From positions 1 to 24,022 of the IMG/VR virus record IMGVR_UViG_3300006118_000487: DNA of 24,022 nt. One strand, 5' to 3'. Positions 22,687 to 24,022 of this stretch are shown here, one piece after another (the stretch's first letter is position 1; each line of letters opens with the position of its first letter). Source of the DNA: a virus. Taxonomy: Duplodnaviria; Caudoviricetes. Both the position numbers and the translations under genes were made by a program. The notes below the pieces were generated by a model, which ran no database searches, was not told the origin of the DNA, and saw only the letters and a program-made list of their open reading frames with translations.

Positions 22687-23718
22687 ATGTCGTTTTCTGT
22701 TCGCTCTTACTCTGGCTTGGCCCAGGCTTCTACGTTGCAGGCGGGGATGGACAATATTGTTGCATCGTTCAACATCGCCAGCGCCGACTCTGCCACTTGG
22801 GTTGAGACCAACGGTTCTTCGCAGCAGCTTGGCTACTCGGGCAACTTCGTGTGCGTCATCGGTTACGGAGGGTCCAACGAGGAGAAAGTGCTGTGCTCCG
22901 GCATCAGCGGGACGCAGGTAAACATTGCAAGCCGTGGCTACGATGGCACGACTGCTTCAAGCCACGTTGCCGGCGAGGTTGTCATGCCGGTGTTCTCCTC
23001 TGTGGAGGCATACGAGGCGAACAAGGTTGCCAACCAGACGCTAGGGCAGGTGACTACTGCGGGCGACATGCTCTACGCCAGCGGGCTGAACGCCCTCGCC
23101 CGCCTCGCAGTTGGCTCCAACAGCCAGAACGCCCTTCTGTACACCAACAGCGGTGTCCCCGCATGGCTCGGTGCGGGCGTTCAGGGAACGACCTTGCAGA
23201 CCACCAGCACCGGACTACAGTGGGTGACAAACATCCCGCCGCACGGCCAGTTTGACAACAGCGCAGGCACGGCACAGACCATCAGCACCAACTCCACGGC
23301 AGATCAGCAGGTCAAGCTCTCCATTGCTTCCACCTACACGCTCGGGACCAACACCCCCACCGTTTCCTCTAACGTGGTCACGATCAACCGTGCAGGGCTG
23401 TACAAGATCACCCTTCGCACCGGCTTGCAGGCAACGTCGATCTCGGGCAACGCCCTCGTCATGCCGGTCCTCGTCACCCCCGATACGACTGGCTCCACCA
23501 CTGTCACTCACTACGGTTCTGCGTTCACGGCGAACTCGGCGGTGGACACGGTGGGGACGCTTGAGGTTGTGGTTCCGATCAACCCGTCCAACACGGCCAA
23601 GACGATCACCCCGTACATCTCGCTTACGACTATTACGTCAGGAACGAACAACGTCACGGTCCCGAAGTCCTCGGGCAAGAACTTTCTCACCGTCACCTAC
23701 CTCGGTCCTCTCACTTAG
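22687..23718 (+). CDS. Short tail fibre / receptor-binding protein (about 343 aa) with a C1q/TNF-like head
   Basis: N-terminal anchor module (SRGYDGTTASSH), fibre repeat TTAGDMLYASG..ARLAVGS, and a C-terminal beta sandwich containing VTINRAGLYKI. ATG22687 preferred; TTG22684 is in frame. Confidence 0.7.
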   Translation: MSFSVRSYSGLAQASTLQAGMDNIVASFNIASADSATWVETNGSSQQLGYSGNFVCVIGYGGSNEEKVLCSGISGTQVNIASRGYDGTTASSHVAGEVVMPVFSSVEAYEANKVANQTLGQVTTAGDMLYASGLNALARLAVGSNSQNALLYTNSGVPAWLGAGVQGTTLQTTSTGLQWVTNIPPHGQFDNSAGTAQTISTNSTADQQVKLSIASTYTLGTNTPTVSSNVVTINRAGLYKITLRTGLQATSISGNALVMPVLVTPDTTGSTTVTHYGSAFTANSAVDTVGTLEVVVPINPSNTAKTITPYISLTTITSGTNNVTVPKSSGKNFLTVTYLGPLT

Positions 23719-23726
23719 GAGTAATC

Positions 23727-24022
23727 ATGGCTATTTGTCCTTTCGCTCAGTGGCACGGTCCTGTCCCCAACATCGGTGGGAAGATGGGGCCGATCAAGCT
23801 TGGTGTGGTTCACATCATGCAGGGTTCCCTCGGTGGTTCCGATGGTTGGTTCCACAATCCCTCGGCTCAGGTGTCGGCGCACTTTGGCATCGGCAAGGAC
23901 GGGACCATCTACCAGTGGGTTGACACTTCCGACATCGCATGGGCTGAGGCCAACTACAACGGGCAGGCCATCTCGGTCGAGCACGAGGGCTACGCTGGCG
24001 AGCGGCTGACGGACAAGCAGGC
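23727..24022 (+). CDS. Endolysin, N-acetylmuramoyl-L-alanine amidase (Amidase_2-like), partial at 3' end; absent from the ORF track
   Basis: SD AGGAG at 23717-23721. Translates MAICPFAQWHGPVPNIGGKMGPIKLGVVHIMQGSLGGSDGWFHNPSAQVSAHFGIGKDGTIYQWVDTSDIAWAEANYNGQAISVEHEG..., showing the VVH, SAHF, IYQWV, AW and ISVEHEG amidase motifs. Runs off the window. Confidence 0.9.
   Translation, partial: MAICPFAQWHGPVPNIGGKMGPIKLGVVHIMQGSLGGSDGWFHNPSAQVSAHFGIGKDGTIYQWVDTSDIAWAEANYNGQAISVEHEGYAGERLTDKQ

Noticed and set aside
1-24022. Stop-codon recoding, diversity-generating retroelement, integrase or defence system
   Set aside because: All three stop codons end genes at sensible junctions and coding density is complete under the standard code. 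I saw no reverse transcriptase, template/variable repeat pair, recombinase or defence motifs.

Overview
This 24 kb window is the virion morphogenesis module of a tailed dsDNA phage or prophage. It is most likely podovirus-like with an actinobacterial host; this is inferred from the GC-rich codon usage, the gene set and the absence of tail-tube or tape-measure genes. All credible genes are on the + strand and most are translationally coupled. Gene order: terminase C-terminus, portal, two small proteins, a 1923-aa protein and two smaller putative internal/ejection proteins, a 178-nt structured intergenic leader, scaffold, N4-gp56-type major capsid protein, four very small ORFs (one is a 48-aa Zn-ribbon ORF missing from the ORF track), a 1257-aa mosaic tailspike/fibre, three small virion-type proteins, a GT4 glycosyltransferase, adaptor, nozzle-like tail protein, a second fibre with a C1q-like head, and the start of an amidase endolysin. 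Three observations stand out. (1) The glycosyltransferase is embedded among virion genes and carries a C-terminal motif shared with a neighbouring virion-type protein, a candidate virion-glycosylation system. (2) RNA structures cover the ribosome-binding sites of consecutive head genes, including a perfect 14-bp inverted repeat that encloses the hidden Zn-ribbon ORF. (3) One approximately 70-90-aa module is reused five times across four tail proteins. All calls come from motif reading and gene context; no database searches were run.
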